A stretch of 63,067 nucleotides of DNA, counting the filler, from Reticulomyxa filosa (Eukaryota > Protista > Foraminifera), in assembly GCA_000512085.1 (NCBI GenBank). It is 20 parts of 20 records of this genome, joined end to end, with 100 filler letters (N's around TTAATTAATTAA, not from the genome) between each part and the next. Parts side by side here need not be neighbours in the genome. Positions count along the whole stretch, not along the records: positions 33,637 to 40,303 come from ASPP01006546.1; positions 40,404 to 41,689 come from ASPP01033600.1; positions 41,790 to 45,238 come from ASPP01019820.1; positions 45,339 to 47,785 come from ASPP01005281.1; positions 47,886 to 49,202 come from ASPP01042676.1; 15 more parts are not named here. One strand, given 5' to 3'. How positions within the stretch are numbered: position 1 is the stretch's first letter; each line of letters begins with the position of its first letter. The notes below the pieces were generated by a model. That model made no database searches. It had not been told where the DNA came from and saw only the letters and a list, made by a program, of their open reading frames with translations. The position numbers and the translations under genes are program-made. This document shows positions 35,590-48,335 of this stretch, piece by piece.

Positions 35590-38193
35590 TTACAAAAATT
35601 GAGCAGCGATCAACATGAAGAAAGCAGCAACAAGCGCATGAACCGAGTGGAGCATAACCGAGCCGCTGGGAACGGAGGTGCAAAGATAGTCCGAGCTACG
35701 TTTCACACAGCTTTTTCCATCATCAGGCGCAGGGAAAACACTGGCATTGGCACACGATGAGACATTTTCAATGGTATAATAGCCCATCAAGCCACGGTCT
35801 TCATGTGGTAAAAAGTGGCAATGCATGACCACGTTTCCAGTAAAGTCACGAGTGCGAGTGCGAGTAATAAACGTTCCATTGTTGCAACCGGGACTCAGTA
35901 CATCTCTCCATTCGCCTACTTCGCCCAGAAATCCGCTTGCAATGTCGGTGGTGAGTTGGAAAGGATTGATATGATGATGAAACGGATGAGGGAAAAAGGT
36001 CACATCAAACTCGTAAATCTTGTCTGGCAAAAGTGTCGCCAAAGACACGTCATGGCGGAAATACTGACCATTCAAACCAAACACTTTGCCTGTGAGTGCT
36101 ACATATCCCACGCCTGAGTCCAAATATAAGTCCACCTCCGAACAAGGCACATTGCTTCGAGGGTCCGGGTTCATCTCCCATGTGATGTTGTTTACACCGT
36201 TTGCATTGTAGTGCACACATTTCGGCGCTACCGACACCGCCTCCGAGGTGTAGACTGTGTCTTCGACGTATCCCGTTTTTGCGGGGAACACCAGTGTCGA
36301 TGCGTTAAATGTGTTTCCCTTGTCAGTCGATGTTACTACGATTGAAAACAATGTCACGTTCACCACGTATATTGGGTTGCAGCTTATTCCATTTTGGACT
36401 ACCGGATTTGGATGCTGTGACACGTGTCTCACTTTGTATGTTCCCGCGTTACTGCATTTTACTAACACCTCTGCTCGTCCCGCCATTGACAAATACATCA
36501 AATATTCATAAGGCGTTTGCGACTATCAATATTCAAAAAAAACATCACACAATACTATTTCTATATGTACATATTCATTACGTATACGTTACTTAGCGTA
36601 ACAAATATTATACCAAAAAAAAAAAAAAATTACTTTATACCAAATCGCGACTCGAATTAAAGAAGATCCCATCCGCGGCGATATAGTAGTACTCACAACC
36701 AGAACTTTCATCAAATTGTAAAAGGAACGACCCTTGGGCGTCTGCGTTCAGTAAACGCAAACGAAGCCATTCATTTCTATCGATTGTGATTTTTGGTTCA
36801 ATTTGACCATTCACCTTTAATTTTTTTTTAAATTTATTGTTTGTTAATTTATACGTGTTTCTTAGAACTTCCGCAAAATCGCAAAAACAAAAACAAAAAA
36901 AGTTGTACAAATAAATTTAAAAAAAGGTATTAAAAAATTACACGTATACGTTATAATGCACAAATAAAAAAAAAAAAAATTAAACTAAGAACAAAGTTCT
37001 GCCACTGTCCCAGTTATTAAAGGATCCGGAAGGGAGAGCATTTTCCCAGTGTGATTTATTATTGTATACTTGAGTGGGCGGTGTATCCGTGTGATCTCGT
37101 TGGAAGCAGTACATGTCACACCACTGGTCGCAAACGGTGGTCAAGTGGAACCCGTTGATTTGCAAAGGATTAGTGTGATCAGACTCGCCGCCTCCATCGA
37201 ACCAGTCCGTGTAATTGGTGCAATTGCACTGTCCGTCAGACGTCAACGAAGCATTGTTCAAACTCAATCCGTGCAAAATCACCACGCGCGAGTTCATCTC
37301 CGCCAAATTAGGATTAATCCCGGCGTCTCCCTGGCGCTCCACTTTTAGCGCTCCAAACAAGCCCATGTGTACATGAAATGTTACTGTTCCATGCCAATGA
37401 TCATGACTATTTTTTTTTAATTATAAACGTTTACGTAAATATGATCCCATGTAACATTAACTTACAACAACAATAACAAAAAACACTCCCCCCCCTTGTT
37501 TCAAGTCAAAAAAAAAAAAAATTCAACTACTTGAAATTCGCTTTGTTGCATCATACACATACTTATATGTATTTGGGCTTACTCAACTACCAATGCAGCC
37601 CAGGATAGTGATCTGCTAAAATAGAAAAGTTATAATCGAGGTAATTGTTGTTATTCGGTTCGACAAGTCTACCCACCACATCATCGATTTTGGGGTCGAC
37701 GTGGAGACCATGCACATGCAAGTTGACCACGTCTGGGTCGTGACTTATCATGTCCAATGCCACGTGGGTCTCTCCGGTGGAAAGCGTTTCGATTCCACTC
37801 AATCTGTTTTATCCAAAAAAAATTTACTACAGACTTTGCAAACTTCTTTTCTTAAAAAAAAAAAAAAAAAAAAAGAGGGGAATGATATTAAAAAAAAAAA
37901 AAGCTGCGTCGAAAAAGTTGTACAAGCCCAAACTTGTTTTGCAATCGGACAAAGCCTTTCGTTCCATTCGTAAACACTAATGTAGGGCCCGGCACACTGC
38001 ACTTGGTAATGTTGCCCCAATCATAACAATAACAACGGGTTTGTAACGACACCACATCTTCAACATTCCACGTACACTTGGTCACTCTTAGCCAAGTGGT
38101 GCTACTGCTGAGCACGATCTCGTCAGGCTCAACAAGCTCTTGGACGACGAAGGCCTGCGCAAATGCCAATAAAGTCACGATACTCCACAACAT
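35590..38193 (-). CDS. Secreted, probably GPI-anchored multicopper oxidase (laccase-like), paralog A
   Basis: All four Cu motifs are present after splicing: NLHVHGLH, LHWYHDHWHG (split by intron 37407-37587), HPFHHHINPFQ and MHCHFLPHEDRGLM. Also VPGPTL, FLVNG and AGRAEVLV. N-terminal signal peptide and hydrophobic C-terminal tail. Confidence 0.93.
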
Positions 38194-38708
38194 TTTTTTT
38201 TACTTTAGAAATTGTAACAGCAAAAGAAAAGCAAAGAAAAAAACTTGAACAAAGGTCTGTAGAGAAGGAAAAAAAAAACTAGTTTTGAAACTGCTTTGTT
38301 TTTTTGGAACAACAGAAATTCTTTTAGTTAGTGGTGACTGAACACTTTAAAATACGAATATACAGATCGACTAAAGAAAAAAGTCATAATTTTCTTATTT
38401 AAAATGAATTTATTAAATTGAAGCATACAATAATAAATCTAGTGTTCTCAACTGTGTGGAAAAAACTGGAGGCTTCTAACAGAAAAGAGCCTTTGGCGAA
38501 TAAAATTTTTGTTTGTTGAGGGAAAAAAGGTAAAAGTAAAAAATTGTTTTACAAAAAGGTCTAGAGTCAATTATAACCCCATATTGTGTAGTACCTTTGT
38601 ATTACAACTGTAAGTTAAATTTCATAATTCAAATAATTCCTGAATTCAAAAAATAATAATACCTTATGAAGACAAAGAGGGAAGGGAAAAAAAGAATGTG
38701 AAATAGAG

Positions 38709-40260
38709 TTAAAAAGGTCTTTTGCGACGTAATGATTTTCTTTTTTTAACTCTGTCTTTATTTTTTTCCCACCATTTTTGAAATTGTTCTCGCTTCATTT
38801 TGCCAACTCGTTGTTGTTTAATTTTTTCTTTCGATTTGAGTTCGTTTTTAAGAGTCTCTCTACGTTTTTTTGCTCTGCTACGAGCGTCTTCCAGAGGCGT
38901 TCCTTTGATATGTCGAAATTTGGGCAAACCCAGTCCTTTCAAAGATTGATGAACGATTGACACGGGAGCATCTGTCGAAGAACTTTCAACCTGTTTGTCT
39001 TTGTCCGTATCTGCAAAAAAATTCCAACCAGACTCTGTATCATTGGCGACAAATGCAGAGACTTTTGGCAAAGAGGTTTCGACTTCACCGATCACTCCAA
39101 TTTTGCGCTTTGATTCATTTTGCCATTGTTCATACAATTTACCATACTGGTGTGTGTTTTTGATCATTCGTCCACTTTCATCCCGCTCTTGCATCAATCG
39201 CAGCATTCGATCGCCCATAAATTCGGTCACGTACTTGCGAGTATTGGGATTGTATCGATGCAACTTTTTCTTTGTGTTTATCGCTGCTCTTTCTTCATTG
39301 TCTAATTCCAACAACAAATTCTTCAAGTCGTCTTTGTTGTCCGGTTCCACTCGTAGTCTAAACACAAACATTCAACATACGTATACATATGTAAGTATAC
39401 GTATGTTTATTTTTTTGTTTTTTTGTTTTTTTTTGTTTTAAAGAGTATTAGCTTTAGTTATATTATTATGTTAAAAAAAAAAAACGTAACGCGTATTGAG
39501 CAAATGAATCGCTCCCTGGTTTCGGCACGTCATCAATAAAAAATTTTGTATCTTTAAACACATCAACGTTTGTGGCATTGGTCCTTGGAATCTCCTCCAA
39601 GTCGTCTGCATCCGTTGGTTCACTGTTTTGTTTGGCGAGGTTTATCAAGTGTTGCTTTTCACTTTCAATCGCGTCTCCATGACGCTTGCGTTTATGTTGC
39701 ATCATTTCATAATCAGGATTGGTCGCTCCACCAAGTTCAAAGATTGTTTTTTTTTTTTTTTTTTTTTTTTTTTTGGAAATAATAATAAAAATAACAAAAA
39801 AGTGCAATAAATTTTGTTTGTTTATATAAATGTTTTGGTCGAAACGGCTTGTGGTTTAAAGTTGGAAATGGAATTGACGAATTGATGTTGGAATATTTCA
39901 TCAGAATGTGTGTCCTTTGCGAAAATGGGATGAATGTTGGTGCAGTTGATTTCTTTGTATTTCCTCAGGGCGTATTTAGTCGGTTTTTGTCTGGTCTTTT
40001 TGTACAGTTGCTCGGCCTTGGTGCACGTGTCGATGAGCTGTTGCATATCCAAGTCTTTGCGAATGCTTTCGAGCATTGTTTCGTGAAAGGTATTCAATCG
40101 AAAAGGGGGGATAACACCAAACGACACTTTGTCTTGCAAGATATAGCTATTGTTTGGTCCACTCAATTCATTGCTATTTGACATGTTTTGATTTTGTTTC
40201 GTTACTTCTGCGATTATATCCTCTACACTTTTGAAGTTGTTTGCTTGATTTAATATTGGT
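38709..40260 (-). CDS. DDX54: DEAD-box RNA helicase DDX54/Dbp10, C-terminal exons
   Basis: FGVIP..KAEQLYKKTRQKP..IHPIF, FKPQA/TIFE, FKDTKFFI, and a DBP10CT-like RYNPNTRKYV..DESGRMIKNTHQYGKLYEQWQ..GE..KNELKSKEKIKQQR. Confidence 0.85.
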
Positions 40261-40264
40261 TTTG

Positions 40265-40303
<39 letters not shown>

Positions 40304-41312
40304 NNNNNNNNNNNNNNNNNNNNNNNNNNNNNNNNNNNNNNNNNNNNTTAATTAATTAANNNNNNNNNNNNNNNNNNNNNNNNNNNNNNNNNNNNNNNNN
40401 NNNTTTTTTTTTTTCTTTAAATGAAAAAAATATATCCATTTGTGCCTGTGTTTATATGGTTCAATAGTCGCAAAAGGATTGGAAGTTGTCTTTTTTATTT
40501 GTTTATTTTTATTTTTTATTTTTTGTTTATGTTTGAGATTAGGGGAAAATGTGGAAAAGAAAGGGGGAAAGTTGGGGAAAAAAAGGTGGAAAAAAGTGAT
40601 TGGGAAAAAATTAAATTGAAAAAGGGGGAAATGAATATTGGGAAGATTGTGAAAAGGGGGGGTTGAAATTATTTTTTTTAAGAAAAATTAAAAATGAAAG
40701 AAATGAAAATAAAAAAATTGACAAATTCAAGAAAAAAAAAAAGATGGCAATAGAAAAAAAAAGATTGCAATAGAAAAAAAAGTAAAAAAGAGAACAAAAA
40801 TGATAGAAAAATAATAGAAAAAAAAGAGAAAAAAAAAAGAAAAAAAAGAAAAAAAAGAAAAAAAAAGTTCAAGAAATGTAAATGAAAAAAGGGAAATTGC
40901 TCCCTAAAAACGATGAATGTGTGCGTACGGTTACACGCACGAACGCGTCAACCAACGCGCAGAAGAAGAAGCCCTGCACGAGTGGCCGAGTTAGTTGAGA
41001 AGTCTAGAAAGCATTGAACTCTCTCTATCTCTCTCTATTCACTGGTCAACATGTCCGTTGCACGTTTCGGCTCCATCGCTGCAAGTGCTGTAGTCTTGCG
41101 TTTGTCGAGCAAGCGCCTATTACCATTGCCAAATTGTCTCCGTGATCGACTATGAACTATTGGCGACGTGTTGGACGGCACTCGAAGAAAGCGAAAAAGA
41201 AGAACAGTAGCGAATACGTCCAAAAAAAAAAGAAATTATGAATGATGGCCTCAGTCATCGTATCGTCAATCCAAAAATTGCTGAATGAACGCATTGGTGA
41301 TAGATGCGAGAA

Positions 41313-41689
41313 TTACCAACGACGGCCATTGTCCAAGACCAAAATCTTGAGCTGATCTTGCTGCACATTCGCAGATGGTACTCTTCGTTCAACAGACAAT
41401 TCAGGTCCAAATATGTTTAGCTTGGAAGATACCTTGTCAATACATCCTACGTTTACATTTCTCTTCTCTTCTTTTCCGTTGCTACCATTTGCAATAGGCT
41501 CAAGTGACTCTTTACTGTAGTTGTCATTTGGCAATTGTCTCCATTGTGACAAATAAGCCATGGGCCTCTCTTTGGTGGTAAAGTTGTTGTTGTCATTGTG
41601 ATGCTTCATATTAAATTCATCCAATTCAATGCCTAACCAATCGTTTTTCTCAATGTACTTGATCACACTTGCAAAAAGTCAGCAGATTG
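41313..41689 (-). pseudogene. CAP-Gly-domain gene relic
   Basis: VIKYIEKNDWLGIELDEFNMKHHN resembles a degenerate CAP-Gly motif (G.V.Y.G....W.G+ELD....GK.DG). Downstream frames carry several stops. Confidence 0.5.
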
Positions 41690-43289
41690 NNNNNNNNNNN
41701 NNNNNNNNNNNNNNNNNNNNNNNNNNNNNNNNNTTAATTAATTAANNNNNNNNNNNNNNNNNNNNNNNNNNNNNNNNNNNNNNNNNNNNGTTGGTGTGGA
41801 AGGCGAGTTGATATTATCAAGTGCAACGCAACAGACAACGTGACATCCAAAGGGCACTATGTGGTCCGTAGATACGTTGGAAAATGGAAGGGCCATTATG
41901 GCGGCAGTGTGTATACTGTTGGCCGGTGTTGATGTTCAATATTTTCTCAAATTGCGTCATGTATGCGTTGCTCAATGGTTGAGCGTGACGAATTATATCG
42001 TTGCAAAAAAAGGCCCTTACATGGCAGGGCAAAAAGGGCCGTCTTATCACAACGACGCATTAAGAATAAAAAAAGATGGCTAGTCGATCAAATGGCAAGA
42101 CAACACTGCCAATTGGTATAAAACATTTTTTAACATAAGTCTATATATGTACATGCTTTTTGTTTTTTGAAATAAATACAAAAACAATGTATGTTTTTTT
42201 TTAACGTATAAAATAGCATAGGACAACGAAGAGACAATACCACGACGACGAGCAAAAACGGGGTAGAATCCCCCCGTCTCCGAAAGGAGCAAAAAAGTTT
42301 TGATGTATCTTTTTTTTTTTAATAAAAATATCAATCTGATGTGCTTGTGTATAGGAATCCCCCGTCCACACAAAACCGTTACCTGTTTGCTCACTCCCTA
42401 TACACACAAAAAAAAAAATGGGGTTGAAGACCACCAGGTTTCCAATAAAAAAATAGCGGTATGTTGTGTTTGTATATTTATGTTTTTGTTTTATCAAAAT
42501 AATGTGATTGTGTATGTGTGTAATAAATAGGAATTCCCCCGCACAAAGAAAAAATATTTTTTTGTATTTTGTTTGCCCCCCCCCTTTACACATAAACAAA
42601 AAAAAAGTTTGAGTGTTTATTACAGGAAAAAAAATTCAAATGGGAGCTTGAACTCCACCTTACAGTTATGTTTTTTTTTTGTTGATCTTAAAAAAATTAA
42701 AAAATAATTTTTGTATGTACTTGTACAACGAACAAGGATCCAAAGATTTTTTTTGAAAAAAAAATTGGAGAATGGGGAGGGAAAAAACATGTGGAATGTT
42801 GATAAAAAATATGATGAAAAAAAAATAGAAAGGAATGGAAAAAAATAAAAAAGAATGGGGGAAAAAAAAGTACGAATAAAAAGAGTAGGGGAAAAAGTAT
42901 GAATAAAAGGGGGAAGAAAAAAAAAGATAAAGAAATAAGAAAAATGATTATAAAAGAAAAAAAAGTGGTTGAAATAAAAAGGAGAAAATAAAAAAGAAAT
43001 GAAAAAAATAAAAAATAAAAAATTGAAACTTTTTTATTATTGGAGCTATGACTCCAAAAATGTTCGATCCAGCGGATCTCAAAACAAAAGTTTAGTAAAA
43101 TAAATATTTTTTTTTGGATATTGACTTGTTTAAAATAAAAAAATAGGAATGGAAAGAGATGGCAGAAGCAGCTCAACAAAAAGTTCATTAATAATCATTT
43201 CACATTCTACGTTCTTCTAGCTTTCAATGACACAATTTCTTTTTATGTAACAATAAAATAAATTTTTTTTTTTTTACATAGAAAACAAA

Positions 43290-45238
43290 ATAGAAAGTTG
43301 TCATCAATATACATTGTTTGTGATATACAGACTTGTAGAAACAGTTGGCGTTTTTGGACGTTGAATCGTATTGCTTAATGGAATCATATCCAGATATAAT
43401 CATTCAAATTGCGCCAAAATCATTTCGCTGGGAGGAATGAGCGCGATGGATCTGCCTTGCAATGCATTGGGCAAAGTGTTTGTTGCTGGATGTTGAGAAT
43501 ACATGTACAGTGGCTGCGCTTCAGCACGCCGCTCATGTTGACTTCATTGCAACTACCTACATGATCTTTTTCGTGGATATACTCAACAACCAAATGCAAT
43601 ATTCATGTTATCCTCCAACATCGGCCACAAATTTTTTGTGCAATCTCATTGTGTTCTGAGGCCGACTGTAGACCGAGTTATCCATTGCTCTCGCGCTCAA
43701 GTATATTCGACCATCAGTTTTTTTTCGACGTGTATGCGCTGATCAAAAAATATCGTGGAAAATATGTTATATATTCTCTATTCGTTCGTTGCACTTTATC
43801 GTGTCATCATATCCAATCATGTCCAGATATGTACGTCCAAGCGATGGGAGGCAGAAACGTTTTTTAGTTTTTGGTTTTTGGTTTGCGATTATTACTGCTA
43901 TTGCGCTAAATCGATCAGTTCAATGTACGAGGTGGAATTATCGAAAGTTATTCCTGGATCCGCGGCGACAGTTTCTCATATGCTTGCACCCTTTGTGTCA
44001 TCCCCAATAAGAGTCCCAGATTTGAGCCAATGCAAGATCAAATGGTAAGTCTATCGGTATTTCTAACAATACCTCATACAATGTCTTTCCACGTCTTTGT
44101 ACTATTGTTTGTGAAGACAGTGCGTGTTACGAGCTGTCAATATGCAGTGGCGATTATTGCTGTTGAAAAGTCGTTTTGGAGTGTGCCAGTTTGTCGTGTT
44201 TTCTCAATTACACGGATTAATCATATTGACAGTGAAGAGCAACAACGGGCCTGTCGCACAAATGGCGTTAAATACTGAACACAATATATAGAAACAAAGA
44301 CCTCCGGTTGCAAGTGAAATGGAGAATCATCACTGGTACGAAAAGTGGCAAAGATAAACCCATTGTGAATTGAAACGCATAATATCCAGGTATAATCGCA
44401 AAGTCAAGGTACGGAGTTTTACAACAGTAATTATAGTGTGCATATCCGTTAACAATTGCAAGTGGCGCAAAATTATTGAACATGCATAACGACGACAGAT
44501 GGCGATAATTTCTCAAGCGTGAAGAAGGAAGATGTTTATCGTCAATGTATAGGCGTGCGAATCTTTTATGCAACAAGAATTGGTAGATTACATTTTGCAG
44601 TACCAATTTGCATCGAATACAACAAATGGAGTGAGTTCAACATGTGGGTGTTTGATGTGTGGAAATGTTATTAGATGCGAGTATATTTAGCCATTTATTT
44701 GAGTGCGAATACGAAGCGATGCAATGTGTGGATACAAGCAGTCAAGTGAATGTCGTGTGGTGAGTGATCTTAGATATTACAGTACTAAAAATTTGGATTG
44801 TTGTCATTCTTCCGCGTCGAATCACATGTCGTCGAAGAATTTAATCTCTTGTTTCAATTCAAAGTCACGTGGTGGTTAATCTTCTTGTAAAATATTGTTA
44901 TTGATTTGATTCGGGGTATTAAAAAGTTTCAAATGGATTGTCGAAAAGAATTGCGCAATACAAGGAATTTACTGCTTGTAATACAGTCTACAATGCACCA
45001 TTTTTGCCTCAAGTGTTTAATTTGGTTGTTGCTCCATTGTGGCTCCACTTTTTTGTCGATGTCAGCGCTTGTGCAAATTGTAGTTCTATTATGTGGAAAC
45101 ACGTCGAAAGTATATGGATAATGGTTGACCATACTTCTGGACTCGCTCCCAATTTGATGAAAAATCATACAACAACGATCAACAACAATCGATATTTGCA
45201 ATCCGAGGTCTCAATAGTCGCATCTCCTGGATATCTCT
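43290..45238 (-). pseudogene. ~2 kb degenerate coding relic of a large protein
   Basis: Coding-like composition without intron-like tracts. Short protein-like segments (VIEKTRQTGTLQNDFSTAIIATAY, ORFs 44268-44606 and 44929-45201) are broken by many stops. Identity and strand are tentative. Confidence 0.4.
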
Positions 45239-45338
45239 NNNNNNNNNNNNNNNNNNNNNNNNNNNNNNNNNNNNNNNNNNNNTTAATTAATTAANNNNNN
45301 NNNNNNNNNNNNNNNNNNNNNNNNNNNNNNNNNNNNNN

Positions 45339-47720
45339 ATTGAGTCGGTGATACCTCCATCGTTATGATGATGTTCACTTCGTATTGCAACGGAGCGACT
45401 TTGCGAATGGAAGGGGCCTCGCCAAAACACGTGAGACCCAAAGGGAGTTCCAAACATTTGCGAATGACCAGCGCATATCGTGAGATTTCCAAGAATTCCA
45501 TGTTATTAAATTCTTGAGGGGGTAGGTATTTCTCTCTATGATTTTCTGCTTTTTCAAATTCTCAAGACTAGTGTTCAACAGTGCTTAATCCCTTCTTCTT
45601 TCTTTTTTATGTGTGTATGTTTTTTTTTTTTAAAAAAGAGGGAATAAATGTGTTAACAAAATCATCTGGCGTTTCATTCCGAAAACCGGCATACAATTGA
45701 ATAATGGTCTTAATAGCGTCTTCGATGACATAGAAATCCAATCCCCGAAACACACATCCCCACAGTTGCTTATATTGATCTGGAACAGTGGCAATGCTCT
45801 CTTTCATTTTGCTGGCGACAGCGCGCTTGACGTTTCGAAATGGAAATATCCGGTCGCGTTTGTTGTAGTCAAAATGTTTTTTATAGCATCCCACCAAGAC
45901 GAAGCACTTCATCCAGATTTCAAATCGATGTATTCGCATGTCCGGATCGCCATTGTACAAGCAGTGCACCAACAGATGCTCCAACGTATCAATAGAATCA
46001 AAGATCCCAAACGATGTTTTATCATCGTCATCATCGCTATCTTTGAAGCGTGATTCCTTGATTTCGTCGATGCAACATCCAATCCATGTGATCAAGGTAT
46101 TGGTGCAACTGTTTTGAATCTCCTGATATTTGTTATGTGTATGTTTGTTTATTTGTCTGTAAAAGAAGATTATTCCCTCCACTAGCAGAGCGTGTCATAA
46201 TAATAATAATAATAATAATAAAATAACTTGGTCAGTGGTAATATTTTGTACTTTGTCGAACAACTTTTCAATCCATTCGGAATTCAATTTGGAATGCACA
46301 CTGTGTTCACACACGGTCTGAATAAGACGCAGTCGACGTTCGATGAGCTGCGTGGTCGCGACAACGACGGACGACGATGACGACGACAATGGCATGTCTC
46401 CGTTTCCATCCATGCGTGACTTGCCGTGGGCTCTTATTTGCCATCGGGCTGCCAACAAGGTCTCAATCAATGCCATTTCCTTGTTGTTTTCTTCCAACTG
46501 TTTCAAGCAATAGACCAGCTCTTTGTTGTCCTTTTCTTTGCGGTATTCTTCGAATATTGCATACACAAAATCAAATACATCATCGACGTCCAAGTAGTTA
46601 CTATTGTCTTCGTTCACTGTTTTCACTGCCCATTTCCAGCACTCACAGATTGCATTCACGCGTTTGCATTTGAAATTTCTTTTTTTTGTTTTATTTTTAT
46701 GTTTATTTGTATATCTTTTTCAATGAATAATAACAAAAAGAATATGCATCAAAAACTTGGCCACAATCAGCTGTTGCACTTGTTTCAGTGCATTCCTTTT
46801 AAATTTACATTTCTTCATCTCTCTCCTTTGCAATGCAATGTCTAGCAACAATTCATAGCCGTAAAATTGTTCTTGGTCAGTCTCTTGTCTCTTTTTTGAA
46901 AGTTAAGACAAAACAAACCCCACAATTTTTTTAAAAAATAAACACAAATAAAGCCTCTCTCTTTCTCTCACGTTACCACTTTTTTTTGGTCTTAACAATC
47001 TTTGAAAACTTTTGGATAAACTCTAACGATTTTTCATCCATGTCGTCCAAATTCTGTTGAAAGTCTTTTTGAATCATGTCCCACAGTCCTTCGACGCACT
47101 GTTCATTGTTTCACCAAATGATAACTTGAAACAACTTTGTTGCCTTCATTCTTTTATTGTCCCCCTCCCCTCCTCCCCCCCCATCCTCCCCAAAAAAAAA
47201 ATTACATGTACACATGCTTGGTACAAACAACCCAACTTTATTCAAAGACTTTTTTTCAATGCACTTCAACAACATCTCACGAAACACCGACAACAACGCA
47301 GAAAAACTGCGTCTGACTTGATTCCATATTTTGGAAAGATCCAACTTGTTGTGGTCGTTACCGTTGCACGCAACGGCATTCTTTTCCATCAAAAACTCCA
47401 ACAATGGGGACAACTTCTCCATTGTGCTTTGGTCCGTGGATAGCCGAAGAGGCACCTAATTGTCCATTCCAAACAAAACATATTTATATACATATACATA
47501 TATATATGTATACATATATGTATATGTGATGCACTACCTCATGCTTGATGATCCATTTAATGAGAATTTTTTGCTCTTCTTTGTGTTCTCGTTGCGGATG
47601 TGTAAACGACTTTGTGGCCAACTCGTTTTTGGATTGCGAAGAATCACGAACGTTATTAATTATGTCGCATAGAAAAGATGTGCCTTCTGCTCGAAATTGA
47701 ATGGAAGGGATGGCATAACA
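45339..47720 (-). CDS. Hypothetical large helical protein, internal multi-exon fragment (possibly disrupted)
   Basis: Successive minus-strand ORFs 47111-47455, 46195-46659, 45607-46182 and 45339-45501, separated by AT-rich introns. An apparent frame change occurs near 45535. Confidence 0.55.
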
Positions 47721-47752
47721 TTTTGTAAATCACATTTAATCTTTTTTTGTTT

Positions 47753-47785
<33 letters not shown>

Positions 47786-47885
47786 NNNNNNNNNNNNNNN
47801 NNNNNNNNNNNNNNNNNNNNNNNNNNNNNTTAATTAATTAANNNNNNNNNNNNNNNNNNNNNNNNNNNNNNNNNNNNNNNNNNNN

Positions 47886-48084
47886 TGCTTTTTAATTCTT
47901 TAAAAAACATTGAATGCAGCGTTTCAATTTTTTTAAGCAACAAAGTAAGATAAAAACACATCATTCAATGCTTGCACTCAATCAAATCAAACAAGTTTAA
48001 TATCAACTTACTTTTCTTTTAATCAAACTTTTCAAACAAAAATACTTTTATTTCTTATTCGACAAAACAGTAAATTATCCCCAA
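47886..48084 (-). repeat. WD40 3'-flank element, copy 2
   Basis: Immediately follows IWG* of the WD40 fragment and carries the same three conserved blocks as 1321-1516. Confidence 0.85.
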
Positions 48085-48335
48085 ATACAAATGTGACCTT
48101 TATCTAAACCATAACATAAATTCCAATCATATGAAATATTATTTAAATTCTCTTTCTTTTTCAATACAATAAATTTAAGACAAAGTATTCTAGTATATTC
48201 TTCATTACCTTCATTGATCACATAAAATTCATTCTTATTTGATCGAATATCCCAAAAACGAATTGTATTATCATATGATCCAGAACATATCACATTTGAA
48301 TTACTAATATTATGCTTTATTACAAATGGTGAATC
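48075..48335 (-). pseudogene. 5'-truncated WD40-repeat gene fragment
   Basis: SPFVIKHNISNSNVICSGSYDNTIRFWDIRSNKNEFYVI..LCYGLDKGHICIWG* is paralogous to 50403-50758. No upstream WD repeats although the contig continues. Confidence 0.8.

Noticed and set aside
40404-40900. Strongly purine-skewed run-rich tract (GGGGAAAA..) yielding a Phe-rich ORF
   Set aside because: Looks like low-quality or stuttered sequence next to a homopolymer at a contig end; no periodic unit or credible coding signal.
41790-42270. Coding-like segment at a contig start
   Set aside because: No consistent frame or recognisable motif; cannot support a call.
42640-43190. Second A/G-run-rich tract with a 163-aa Phe-rich ORF
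   Set aside because: Low-complexity DNA with the same stutter-like character; the hydrophobic ORF is a by-product of T-runs.
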